From contig JBGSNB010000037.1 in NCBI GenBank assembly GCA_041739835.1, positions 1 to 42,509 on the forward strand: a stretch of 42,509 nucleotides of DNA. The letters run 5' to 3'. A program made the position numbers and the translations under genes. A model generated the notes under the pieces. The model was not told the DNA's origin, made no database searches, and worked only from the letters and a program-made list of their open reading frames with translations. Origin of the DNA: Parvularculaceae bacterium. GTDB taxonomy: Bacteria; Pseudomonadota; Alphaproteobacteria; Caulobacterales; Parvularculaceae. Position 1 is the stretch's first letter, and each line of letters opens with the position of its first letter. Positions 28,181-37,166 of this stretch are shown piece after piece.

Positions 28181-29695
28181 ATGTCCAGAAAGACAGGTCC
28201 TCTTGAAAGCATTGTCATCGTCGGCGGCGGCAGCGCCGGATGGATGACGGCGGCGGCGCTCTCAGATGCGCTGGGCCGGGCTTGCGCCATAACCGTCATT
28301 GAGTCCGAAGCCATCGGCACGGTCGGCGTCGGCGAAGCGACCATCCCGCCAATAAGGTTTTTCAATCACCGACTGGGGATCGACGAAGCGACGTTTGTTC
28401 AAGAAACCAGCGGCTCGTACAAACTGGGCATCGAGTTCGTCGACTGGTGCCAGATCGGCCGCCGCTATTTCCATCCATTCGGCCAGCACGGCGCGGAGTT
28501 CGACATCGTGCCGTTCTATCACTTCTGGATGCGAGAGTTTCTCGCAGGTCGCGTCAAGGGCCAGATCGACGACTACTCGATGGCCTTCGCAATGGCTAAA
28601 GCGGGTAAGTTTTCTCATCCACTGAAGGATCGCCGGCAAATCCAGTCGACTTTCGATTACGCCTACCATTTTGACGCTGGCCTCTACGCGCAGTTTCTCC
28701 GGCGTTATTCCGAGGCGCGCGGCGTCACGCGCATTGAAGGACGTATCGCCAGCGTCGAACGGGACGGCGAGACGGGAATCATCACCGCTCTGGCGCTGGA
28801 CGACTCACGTATTGTCGAGGGGGAATTCTTCGTCGACTGCAGCGGTTTTCGAGGGTTGCTCATCGAGGAGGCGTTGCAAGCTGGCTATGATGATTGGCGC
28901 CAATGGCTTCCTTGCGATCGCGCGGTCGCAGTTCCGTGCGCCAAAGTCGGCGACATGACGCCCTATACGCGGTCTACTGCCAAAGCCGCGGGCTGGCAAT
29001 GGCGCATTCCGCTGCAACATCGTACCGGAAACGGCTATGTGCATTGCAGCGAGCATATCTCGGAAGACGAGGCGACTTCGGTGTTGCTCGGGTCGCTCGA
29101 CGGTGTGGCGAGGGGCGAGCCTCGTATTTTGCGCTTCACGACCGGCAAGCGGCGCGCCTACTGGAAGAAGAACTGCGTCGCGATCGGACTTTCCGCCGGT
29201 TTCATGGAACCGCTGGAATCAACCAGCCTGCATCTCATTCAGTACGGTGTTTTGCGGCTGATCGCCCTGCTGCCGGACAAGGAAATGTCGCCGCTGCTGG
29301 CGGCAGAATATAATGCACAGACCACGGCCGAGTATGAACGCATCCGCGATTTCCTGATTTTGCATTACAAGGCGACGGAGCGCGACGACTCGCCGCTCTG
29401 GCGCTATTGCGCGACAATGAGCATTCCGGACAGTCTCCGGTACAAGATCGATCATTTCCGGAATTACGGGATTCTGGTTTCCGACGAACGCGAACTCTTC
29501 AATAATCCGAGCTGGATTGCGGTCTATCTCGGTCAGAACGTTTTTCCTCTGCGCGCGCCGGCGCTCGCCGAAATGCGCGCGACGCCGGTCAAAGACCGTT
29601 TCGAAGCAATTGCAAAGGCGATGAAAGAAGCTGTCTCGGCGATGCCGAGCCACGAGTCTTTCGTCGCCACGCATTGCCGCAGCTTACAACCCTGA
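28181..29695 (+). CDS. Tryptophan halogenase family flavin-dependent enzyme
   Basis: VGGGSAG, GVGEAT, YKLGI (catalytic Lys), WQWRIP and FMEPLESTS motifs; ATG 28181 preferred over GTG 28094. Confidence 0.92.
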   Translation: MSRKTGPLESIVIVGGGSAGWMTAAALSDALGRACAITVIESEAIGTVGVGEATIPPIRFFNHRLGIDEATFVQETSGSYKLGIEFVDWCQIGRRYFHPFGQHGAEFDIVPFYHFWMREFLAGRVKGQIDDYSMAFAMAKAGKFSHPLKDRRQIQSTFDYAYHFDAGLYAQFLRRYSEARGVTRIEGRIASVERDGETGIITALALDDSRIVEGEFFVDCSGFRGLLIEEALQAGYDDWRQWLPCDRAVAVPCAKVGDMTPYTRSTAKAAGWQWRIPLQHRTGNGYVHCSEHISEDEATSVLLGSLDGVARGEPRILRFTTGKRRAYWKKNCVAIGLSAGFMEPLESTSLHLIQYGVLRLIALLPDKEMSPLLAAEYNAQTTAEYERIRDFLILHYKATERDDSPLWRYCATMSIPDSLRYKIDHFRNYGILVSDERELFNNPSWIAVYLGQNVFPLRAPALAEMRATPVKDRFEAIAKAMKEAVSAMPSHESFVATHCRSLQP

Positions 29696-29710
29696 CCGCC
29701 GGTTAGGCCG

Positions 29711-29743
29711 AAAAAAGGCCCGCCGGGAGTTTGGCGGGCCTTT
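29711..29743. terminator. Intrinsic terminator, probably bidirectional
   Basis: AAAAAAGGCCCGCC-gggagttt-GGCGGGCCTTT between convergent genes; U6 tail on the minus strand. Confidence 0.85.
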
Positions 29744-29765
29744 CCACAAAGAGTTCTGCGGGAGG

Positions 29766-32543
29766 CTAGAACTCTTTCTTGATGGTCACATTGAACGTCC
29801 GCCCGTAAAGCTCGTGGCGGCTGGGGAAAGTCCCGACGACGGGCTGGGACCTGTCCCTGTTCTGGAAGAGATCGTTCTGCGTAACGAATGGCTCGTTCGT
29901 TATATTGAAGACCTCGAACTGAATGCCGAAACCGTTGAGGGCTCCTCGTTCGAAGCGGTAGCCGATCTGACCATCGACGATCGTTTCAGCCTGCGCGTCC
30001 GCGCCGCTGAGCGAACCGTCGAAGTTCTGGATTTCAGAGAGGAACGGCCCGCGATGCCGCGCGCTCAACTTCGCCTGTACGCCGTTCTTCTCGTAAAAGA
30101 TGTCGCCGGCCCAAGTTGTCTTGGAATAGCCCGGGATATCGACGGTACCGAGGCCAGATGGGTCCGTGATTTCGCCGTCGGCGTAAGTGTAGCTGAAGCT
30201 TGCGCCAAATCCGTCGAATTTTTCGGTGAAATCCTTGAGGTCGAGGCGCAGCGTCGCTTCAACGCCCGTAATGCGACCGTCAGAGAAGTTGATCGGACCA
30301 TCCAATCTTGCTGTCGCGAGTTCAGGGCTGGACGTGAGAATTGAACCAAATCCCGCGTTTTCGATTTGTTGCGTGATGTCGAGCGTCTGGTTGAAATTGA
30401 CGACCCAGTCCGACAATTCCTTGTGGAAGAACGCGACGGCGAGGGCCGAGGTCCGCGAGAAATACTTCTCGATTGACACGTCGTACGACGTTGATCTGTA
30501 CGGCCTCAAATTCGGATTGCCGCCGCTGATGTTGAAGCAGACAAGCGAAGGCGGATTAAACGCAAGAACGGTGTCCGGAATACCGTCCATATCCGTATCG
30601 ACGCAGCTAAGCGCATTAACCGTGAGGTTCTGATTCGCGGCGATCTGATCAAGCCGTGCACGCGTGATCGTTTGTGCGAAGGCGAGCCTGACAAATGTGT
30701 CCGGCATCACCTCGAAAGCGATATTCACGCTCGGCAGCCAATCAGTATAACTGTCGGTGACATCGTTGATGGAGCCGATGATCGTGCCGACCGAGGATTG
30801 CGTCGTGTCGACATACTGGAAGCCGGCGTTTCCGGTGACCGGAATTGAGCCGAGTTCCGCTGCGATATCGAGCATGAGGTAGCCGGTGTGGACTTCTTCC
30901 TTCACCGTCCATTCGGTGTCGAATGTCGCTTTCTCAAGCAGATACGTGCCGTCCGTCAGGAAGCTCGACGGATCGTAGGCGATAATGTCCATGCCGATCG
31001 AGCCGGAATTGGTCGAGCCAATAATCGATCCAGCCGGGATAGGGAGCACGCCGCCGGAAAAGAGGCCTGACGCGCGAATGAAGTCTTCATTCGAGTCGAA
31101 ATTCTTTTCGCGTTCGGTGTAGATGTAGCCGAACTTGACATTGGAGATTGGGCCGGCGTCGACCTCGTAATTGGTCTCGGCGCGAATCTGATGCAGCTCG
31201 TCGTCGATCTGCGGCCGCTTGATGAAGCCGACCTGGCCCCATCCGCCCGGATCGGTAAGGAGAACCGTCGACGGATCGGTGTAGTCCAGCGTGTGATCAA
31301 TGCTGTATTGTCCATCGGACGGAAATCTGAAGAGCAACGTATCTCTTGGCCCAGGATTGCCGGCGCCAATGCCAAATCCGGTTCCTGCGTAGGACTCGTA
31401 ATCGATGTCCGATCGATCGAGCGTCGAGTAGCCATAGTCCAGCATCACGCTGAGGCGCTCGGTGAACCGGTAAGACGTGTTGGCGCCGATGGCGAAGATT
31501 TCCGCAGTGTTGCCTTCGGTGTCCGTTCTGAGGATCGGCCACACGCCCGAATACTGAGCCGCTTCGGCGAAGGGACCTGCGCCGACGGCGCCGTCAAAAT
31601 TGACTCCGTTCGCCCAAGAGGCGATCGGAGTTTCCGTGCCGCGGAATATGCCCGAATCCGTCGTGTCAGTGTAGAAAGCGTCGAGACTCGCCTGAAAACG
31701 GTCATTGGGTTCGAATTGCAAGGCGCCGGTGAGCGAGGTGCGTTCGAACTCGCGCGAGACGACGCCTTGACGCGGGTTATCCGCAGGATAGTAAAGTCCG
31801 TTTGCGTCGATCGCGACCTGGCCGTTATCAGTTTTCAATTCACGCGAAAAGAAATGGGTTGGGTTCGACTGCTGTGTAACGCCGATCGCCCATCCAAGCG
31901 TACCGGCGTCATTCTGGTCGATGTAGGAGCCAAAGAGGCGGTATCCCTTGTCGCTGACATCCGGATTGAGTTCGCCGTTGCCGCTAAGGACCCCTGTCGC
32001 CGAAAGATTGATCTTTCGATCCTTGAATTTGAGCGGCCGGATTGTACGCAAATCCACGGATCCGGCAATGCCGGTCGCTGACAGTGTGGCGTTCGGCGTC
32101 TTGTAGACGACGCCCTGCGAGATCAGTTCCGAAGGGAATTGATCAAACTCGATCCCGCGATTGTTGCCGGCGGAGACGACTTCGCGGCCGTTGAGGAGCG
32201 CAAGCGAAAAATCCGGGCCGAGACCGCGGATGGAAACCTGTTGCGACCGGCCGCGCACGCGCTGCGCCGTGACGCCAGGAAGGCGCGCCAAAGCATCGGC
32301 GATGGAAAGGTCCGGCAGCTTGCCGATATCTTCCGACGAAATCGCCTCGACAATGCCGGGGGCTCTCTTCTTTTCGTCGAGCGAATTCTGGATCGAACTT
32401 CTGATGCCGGTGACGACGATTTCATCGTCTCCCGATTCGTCGGCGGCGTCCTGTGCTAAAGCCGGCGCCGTCGCCATCAACGCAAGGCAGGTTGCGGCGC
32501 CGCACAGCAAACGCGACTTGGTCGTGGTTTTGGTCAAGAACAT
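29766..32543 (-). CDS. TonB-dependent receptor, probable maltodextrin transporter (MalA-like by context)
   Basis: Signal peptide, EIVVTGIR, EDIGKLPD.SIADALARLPG, C-terminal Phe; GGGAGG RBS before ATG 32543; embedded among alpha-glucan enzymes. Confidence 0.93.
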   Translation of the reverse strand: MFLTKTTTKSRLLCGAATCLALMATAPALAQDAADESGDDEIVVTGIRSSIQNSLDEKKRAPGIVEAISSEDIGKLPDLSIADALARLPGVTAQRVRGRSQQVSIRGLGPDFSLALLNGREVVSAGNNRGIEFDQFPSELISQGVVYKTPNATLSATGIAGSVDLRTIRPLKFKDRKINLSATGVLSGNGELNPDVSDKGYRLFGSYIDQNDAGTLGWAIGVTQQSNPTHFFSRELKTDNGQVAIDANGLYYPADNPRQGVVSREFERTSLTGALQFEPNDRFQASLDAFYTDTTDSGIFRGTETPIASWANGVNFDGAVGAGPFAEAAQYSGVWPILRTDTEGNTAEIFAIGANTSYRFTERLSVMLDYGYSTLDRSDIDYESYAGTGFGIGAGNPGPRDTLLFRFPSDGQYSIDHTLDYTDPSTVLLTDPGGWGQVGFIKRPQIDDELHQIRAETNYEVDAGPISNVKFGYIYTEREKNFDSNEDFIRASGLFSGGVLPIPAGSIIGSTNSGSIGMDIIAYDPSSFLTDGTYLLEKATFDTEWTVKEEVHTGYLMLDIAAELGSIPVTGNAGFQYVDTTQSSVGTIIGSINDVTDSYTDWLPSVNIAFEVMPDTFVRLAFAQTITRARLDQIAANQNLTVNALSCVDTDMDGIPDTVLAFNPPSLVCFNISGGNPNLRPYRSTSYDVSIEKYFSRTSALAVAFFHKELSDWVVNFNQTLDITQQIENAGFGSILTSSPELATARLDGPINFSDGRITGVEATLRLDLKDFTEKFDGFGASFSYTYADGEITDPSGLGTVDIPGYSKTTWAGDIFYEKNGVQAKLSARHRGPFLSEIQNFDGSLSGADAQAETIVDGQIGYRFERGALNGFGIQFEVFNITNEPFVTQNDLFQNRDRSQPVVGTFPSRHELYGRTFNVTIKKEF

Positions 32544-32982
32544 GATTGGCCCTCCCAATGATGCCATGGAATTATTTTTTTTCGCATTTTTACATAGCGG
32601 ATTTTAGGCCGGCCTCAAATGTCTATTTTGGGTAGCCAATATCGCACTACCTCGGCGTGACGACTCGCCGCAGGTGGTAAAAACGTAGACATAACAATGT
32701 ATTATGTGAAAATCGTTGAGATGAGCATGGTTCGCCCTGGCGACATTTCGAGCCGGTGCGGCGATTCTGCAACACACTAATTTCTGCGGCGCGCGCTACT
32801 GGGCGAACATCGAAAACGCTCAATAGAGTTGTGCCCGGTCGCCCGCTGACGCGAGCGCATTCTAGCGAAATTCCGAGTATTGTGCGATTTTGTTTCCTTC
32901 CTTTGCGCCGAGTAGCAGCCGTTACGTCGACTTACGCCTGGCGGGCGATCAACATTCAGGCTGCCTGCGCGAGGAGAGTCGG

Positions 32983-33687
32983 ATGAATCTTAGCTGCAAA
33001 ATCACCGGGTCCGAGATCGGAATGCGCGAATTCGGTATGGAAAAACATAGGGTTATCTCGATCAACGCGTTTCTCGAAGTCCCCGACGCGGCGATCGAAC
33101 TGGCATGTTTGCATGATTTTACATCAGTCACGCCGCAATATCCGGACATTCGCGCGCCGATCCCGGGCGCGACGCTCGACAGCTGGCGCAATGCCTTGAC
33201 GCCGATCCTGAATGCGCAATTCGGGAACGCAGATACCCGTTGGGATATTCATGGATGGCATTCGATCGTGACGCGGGCGCCGGAGCAGCTGCTGCCGATC
33301 CAACGCCTGCCGCATGTTGACGGTCTCGATCCCGAGCAAGTCGCAATGATGCTGTATCTGCATCACACGCCGCATGGCGGCACAGCGTTCTTCCGACACA
33401 GGGCGACCAGATTTGAGTCGCTCTCCGCCGACAGGTTTCCCGTCTACAAGAAAAGCCTCGAAGGCGAGGCGGCGGCGCACGGGCTTCCGCCCCGCCGCTA
33501 TGTCGCGGACGGCGCGCCGTCTTTCGAGCGCATCCATGTGGAAGTAGGCGACTTCAACCGCGCGATCTTCTATCGCGGCAATATATTTCACAGCGGCGTG
33601 ATCGATCATGAGAGCGCCCTGCCATCCGATCCGCGAAACGGGCGTTATACAATCAACGCCTTTCTCAGGCCGAAAGCGGGAGTTTGA
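32983..33687 (+). CDS. DUF6445-like protein (2OG-Fe(II) oxygenase-like HxD...H motif)
   Basis: QRLPHVD, LYL..TPHGGTAFFRHR, FNRAIFYRG..FHSG and DPR.GRYTIN motifs; GAGGAG RBS before ATG 32983. Confidence 0.75.
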   Translation: MNLSCKITGSEIGMREFGMEKHRVISINAFLEVPDAAIELACLHDFTSVTPQYPDIRAPIPGATLDSWRNALTPILNAQFGNADTRWDIHGWHSIVTRAPEQLLPIQRLPHVDGLDPEQVAMMLYLHHTPHGGTAFFRHRATRFESLSADRFPVYKKSLEGEAAAHGLPPRRYVADGAPSFERIHVEVGDFNRAIFYRGNIFHSGVIDHESALPSDPRNGRYTINAFLRPKAGV

Positions 33688-33745
33688 AGAACTACCAACG
33701 CGCGGAGCTTGGCGGGCCGGCGATGATTAGCGAAGCTGAGGACGG

Positions 33746-35263
33746 ATGAACGAAGAGCGATTGAGGAAACTGGTCATCGTCGGCGGCGGAACGGCCGGAT
33801 GGATCGCTGCCGCCGCTTTTTCGCGCCTGTTATCACCGCCGCTTGAAATCGAGCTTGTCGAATCTGAAGCGATCGGAACGGTCGGCGTCGGCGAGGCGAC
33901 AATTCCCCAGATCATCCGGCTGAACGCCATCCTCGGTCTAGATGAATACGACTTCGTCCGGCGCACATACGGGACGTTCAAACTTGGCATTGAATTTGTC
34001 GGTTGGGGCGCGCCGGGCGAGCGCTATCTCCACACATTCGGCGACGCCGGCATCAATCTCGGTAATACGCATTTCCACCACTATTGGCGGCGCTATGCGC
34101 TCGCAGGCGGAAAGAACTCGCTTTGGCATTACTCCTTGCACGTCCAGGCGGCGCGCAATGGGAAATTTGGAAGGCTCGATCGGGTCGGCAATACCGCCAT
34201 GACCGGGCTCGCCTACGCCTACCATTTCGACGCCGGGCTTTATGCGGCGTACCTCCGCGACTATGCGCAAAAACGGGGGGTCGTCCGAAGCGAAGGTGTC
34301 GTTCGATCAGTTGAGCGCGAGCCTCAGAATGGCGACATACTGAGCGTGACGCTCGATGACGGGCGCGTTGTCGCCGGCGACTTCTTTATTGATTGCACCG
34401 GCTTTCGGGCGATGCTTCTCGGCGAAGCGCTTGGCGCCGGTTATGAAGACTGGTCGAAATGGCTTCCCTGCAATCGCGCATTCGCTGTTCCGAGCGAGCG
34501 GATTTCGCCGCTTCCCCCGTTCACGCGCGCGACGGCGCGACCTGCCGGATGGCAATGGCGCATTCCGCTGCAGCATCGCACTGGAAATGGCCATGTTTTC
34601 TGCGACGCCTTCACGTCAAACGACGACGCGGCAGGGCTGCTGCTCGAAAATCTCGAAGGCAAGGCTCTGGACGAGCCGAGGCTGCTCAAGTTCCGCACCG
34701 GCCGCCGGACGATTTTCTGGTCACATAATTGCGCAGCGATCGGGTTGTCGAGCGGCTTTCTGGAACCGCTCGAATCAACCAGCATTCATCTCATTCAATC
34801 GAATGTCGGCCGCCTGATCAGCCTGCTTCCCCGCGATCGGGGCTATGCGGCCGAACGCGACGAATATAATCGCCGGACCGCGCAGGAATTCGAGCAGGTT
34901 CGCGATTTCCTCATTCTGCACTACAGCCGGACGACGCGCGAGGACACTGAATTCTGGAAATACTGCAAGAACATGTCCGTACCGGAGTTGCTGACGGAGA
35001 AGATCCGGCTATTTGCGTCATCGGGCCGGCTCGGTCGCGATGTCGACGACCTGTTCAAGGATTCCAGCTGGACGCAAGTGATGTTAGGACAGGGCGTGAC
35101 GCCTCGCGGCTATAGTCCAATGGCGGACAAGATCACTGATGGCGAACTGCATGAGTTTCTAGCCAATGTCCGCAAGGTGATTGATCGAGCGGTTACAGGG
35201 CTCGCGACACATGACGAGTTCATCAAAGAGAATTGCGCAGCGCAGGTTTATGAGCGGAATTGA
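33746..35263 (+). CDS. Tryptophan halogenase family flavin-dependent enzyme (second paralog)
   Basis: VGGGTAG, GVGEAT, FKLGI, WQWRIP and FLEPLESTS motifs; GAGGA RBS. Confidence 0.93.
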   Translation: MNEERLRKLVIVGGGTAGWIAAAAFSRLLSPPLEIELVESEAIGTVGVGEATIPQIIRLNAILGLDEYDFVRRTYGTFKLGIEFVGWGAPGERYLHTFGDAGINLGNTHFHHYWRRYALAGGKNSLWHYSLHVQAARNGKFGRLDRVGNTAMTGLAYAYHFDAGLYAAYLRDYAQKRGVVRSEGVVRSVEREPQNGDILSVTLDDGRVVAGDFFIDCTGFRAMLLGEALGAGYEDWSKWLPCNRAFAVPSERISPLPPFTRATARPAGWQWRIPLQHRTGNGHVFCDAFTSNDDAAGLLLENLEGKALDEPRLLKFRTGRRTIFWSHNCAAIGLSSGFLEPLESTSIHLIQSNVGRLISLLPRDRGYAAERDEYNRRTAQEFEQVRDFLILHYSRTTREDTEFWKYCKNMSVPELLTEKIRLFASSGRLGRDVDDLFKDSSWTQVMLGQGVTPRGYSPMADKITDGELHEFLANVRKVIDRAVTGLATHDEFIKENCAAQVYERN

Positions 35264-35463
35264 GAGCGGCGCGCGCAACCATGCGACCGTCGCTATGGTT
35301 TTTGCGCTTGTCGCTGCGGACGTCTATGGAGGAGGGAGGAGTGCGCCGCCTGCGCCGAGACGATCATCGCCTCAACGCCGCCAATAAAATGCTGGTTTTG
35401 CGCGAATTCGATAATTAGAGGGCCGCAGCGCGGTGCGGATCACCTGGATGCGCGGGAATGCGA

Positions 35464-36879
35464 TCAGGATTTCCGCCGGCCGAGATAAACGCGGTATCCC
35501 CATGGCGCGAGCGCGATCGCTTCGCCGCCGCCGAATTCCTCCTTCTCACCCGAAAAATAGTCTTCATATTCGCCGAAATGAAGTTCGGACGAGAAACGCA
35601 CATTTTGCGGTTCGGCAGTGAAATTGATGACGGCGAACAATGCGTCATCCGAGCCTCGGCGGACGAAACTGAGCACCTTCTGCGGCGCATCGTTGACGAC
35701 TGAGTGCATCCGCGCCCCGGAAGCCCCATTTGCGAGCGCCTTGACCGAATGCTTGAGGTTTATCAGCTTTTTGTAGAGTTCAGCGTTCGCGTGCGGCCGC
35801 CAGTCGATCGGATCTTTCTCGAAGAACGCCAATCGCCTGTCGAGGCCGGCCTCCTGTCCATTGTAAATCACCGGCATTCCTTCGCCGACGAAGGTGAGAA
35901 CCGTGACCGCATCAAAAGCGTCGCCGTAGAGTTCCCGATCCGTGCCGTGCCAGGAATTGAAATCGTGGTTCGACGTGAAGGTCATCCGATACGCGTCTTG
36001 CGGCCAAGAGCTTTCATTCTCGGAGTAAAAGCCGAAGAGCGCGCCGACGTCCGCCTTTCCTTGCGAGATCGAGCTAAGCGAATTGGACAGGGACCAGGCG
36101 TAGCTCGCATCGAACGCACGGGCGTGGACGTCGCGCTGTTCGAACTCCGCCAGCATGAAAACCGGTTTGATCGCATCGAGTTCTCGGCGCGCGTTCTCCC
36201 AGAAATCGAGCGGCACATAGCCAGCCGTATCGCACCGAAACCCGTCTATACCCGCCTCAGCGACCCAGAATTTCATCGCCCGCGTCATATATTCGCGCAA
36301 TTCAGCCTTCGAATAGTCGAGGTCGATGATGTCTGACCAATCCCACCACGGCGTCGGACGATAATCGCCTTTCCAGTCTCGTTCGTACCAGTCCGGATGC
36401 TCAGCGACGAGCGGATTGTCCCACGCCGTATGGTTGGCGACCCAGTCAATGATCACATGCATGCCGTCGGCGTGCGCCGCGTCGACGAATGATTTGAGGT
36501 CTTCGAGCGTGCCGAATTCCGGATTGACGCCAAAATAGTCTTTGACCGCGTAGGGACTGCCTAATGTTCCCTTGCGATTCTTCTCGCCGATCGGATGGAT
36601 CGGCATCAGCCAGATGATGTCGACGCCAAGCTCTTTGAGGCGCGGCAATTCCTTCTCGGCCGCGGCGAACGTGCCTTCGGTTGTGAACTGGCGCGTGTTG
36701 AGCTGGTAGAGCACGGCGTTCCGGCTCCACGCGGGATGCGCGAGTTTCACATACGGAGCCGGCGCATAAGGGTCAGCGGGTTCAGGCGCTGCTTGCGTGC
36801 TCAGCGCGTCTTCCGTCCCGCGCGGCGCGCAGGCGGCGAGCGCAAGCGCCAAGGCGAACGCCAATGCCATTTGTTTCAT
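35464..36879 (-). CDS. GH13 alpha-amylase family lipoprotein
   Basis: ATG 36879 gives MKQMALAFALALALAAC lipobox; GSPY, DWVANH, DGFRCD, LAE and SNHD motifs. Confidence 0.92.
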   Translation of the reverse strand: MKQMALAFALALALAACAPRGTEDALSTQAAPEPADPYAPAPYVKLAHPAWSRNAVLYQLNTRQFTTEGTFAAAEKELPRLKELGVDIIWLMPIHPIGEKNRKGTLGSPYAVKDYFGVNPEFGTLEDLKSFVDAAHADGMHVIIDWVANHTAWDNPLVAEHPDWYERDWKGDYRPTPWWDWSDIIDLDYSKAELREYMTRAMKFWVAEAGIDGFRCDTAGYVPLDFWENARRELDAIKPVFMLAEFEQRDVHARAFDASYAWSLSNSLSSISQGKADVGALFGFYSENESSWPQDAYRMTFTSNHDFNSWHGTDRELYGDAFDAVTVLTFVGEGMPVIYNGQEAGLDRRLAFFEKDPIDWRPHANAELYKKLINLKHSVKALANGASGARMHSVVNDAPQKVLSFVRRGSDDALFAVINFTAEPQNVRFSSELHFGEYEDYFSGEKEEFGGGEAIALAPWGYRVYLGRRKS

Positions 36880-36926
36880 CGCATTCCCTCCGATCTTTAT
36901 GAACGCTACCGCGCCTTCAAACAAAT

Positions 36927-36940
36927 TGCAAAAAATTGCA
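36927..36940. promoter_or_regulatory. Candidate LacI-type operator TGCAAAAAATTGCA
   Basis: TGYA-N6-TRCA palindrome upstream of the GH13 lipoprotein. Confidence 0.55.
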
Positions 36941-37081
36941 GTACGGTCGGCCAAGACACCGGTCGGGAGCGGGCAGTTGAGTTCTGCAATAAATCTCTTA
37001 CAGAACAACATAGTAACATATCTCCGCGAAGCCATGCATTGTTGCGACGCACAATGGGCGTCAGCGCACAGCCTGGATAGT

Positions 37082-37095
37082 TGTAGAGTTTTACA
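37082..37095. promoter_or_regulatory. Candidate LacI-type operator TGTAGAGTTTTACA
   Basis: TGYA-N6-TRCA palindrome upstream of the GH97 gene. Confidence 0.55.
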
Positions 37096-37166
37096 TTTGG
37101 ACGTAAGGACAGATGTCCGTCTCGCGTCGCGTCTCGCATTTCGCCGAAACCGGAAGGTCTTGTCCG

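Noticed and set aside
28181-35263. Halogenated natural-product biosynthetic cluster
   Set aside because: No NRPS, PKS, prnBCD-like or other scaffold genes; the context is catabolic.
35181-35460. Small ORFs and a purine-rich GGAGGAGGGAGGAG stretch between the halogenase and GH13 genes
   Set aside because: No credible coding signal or recognisable product.
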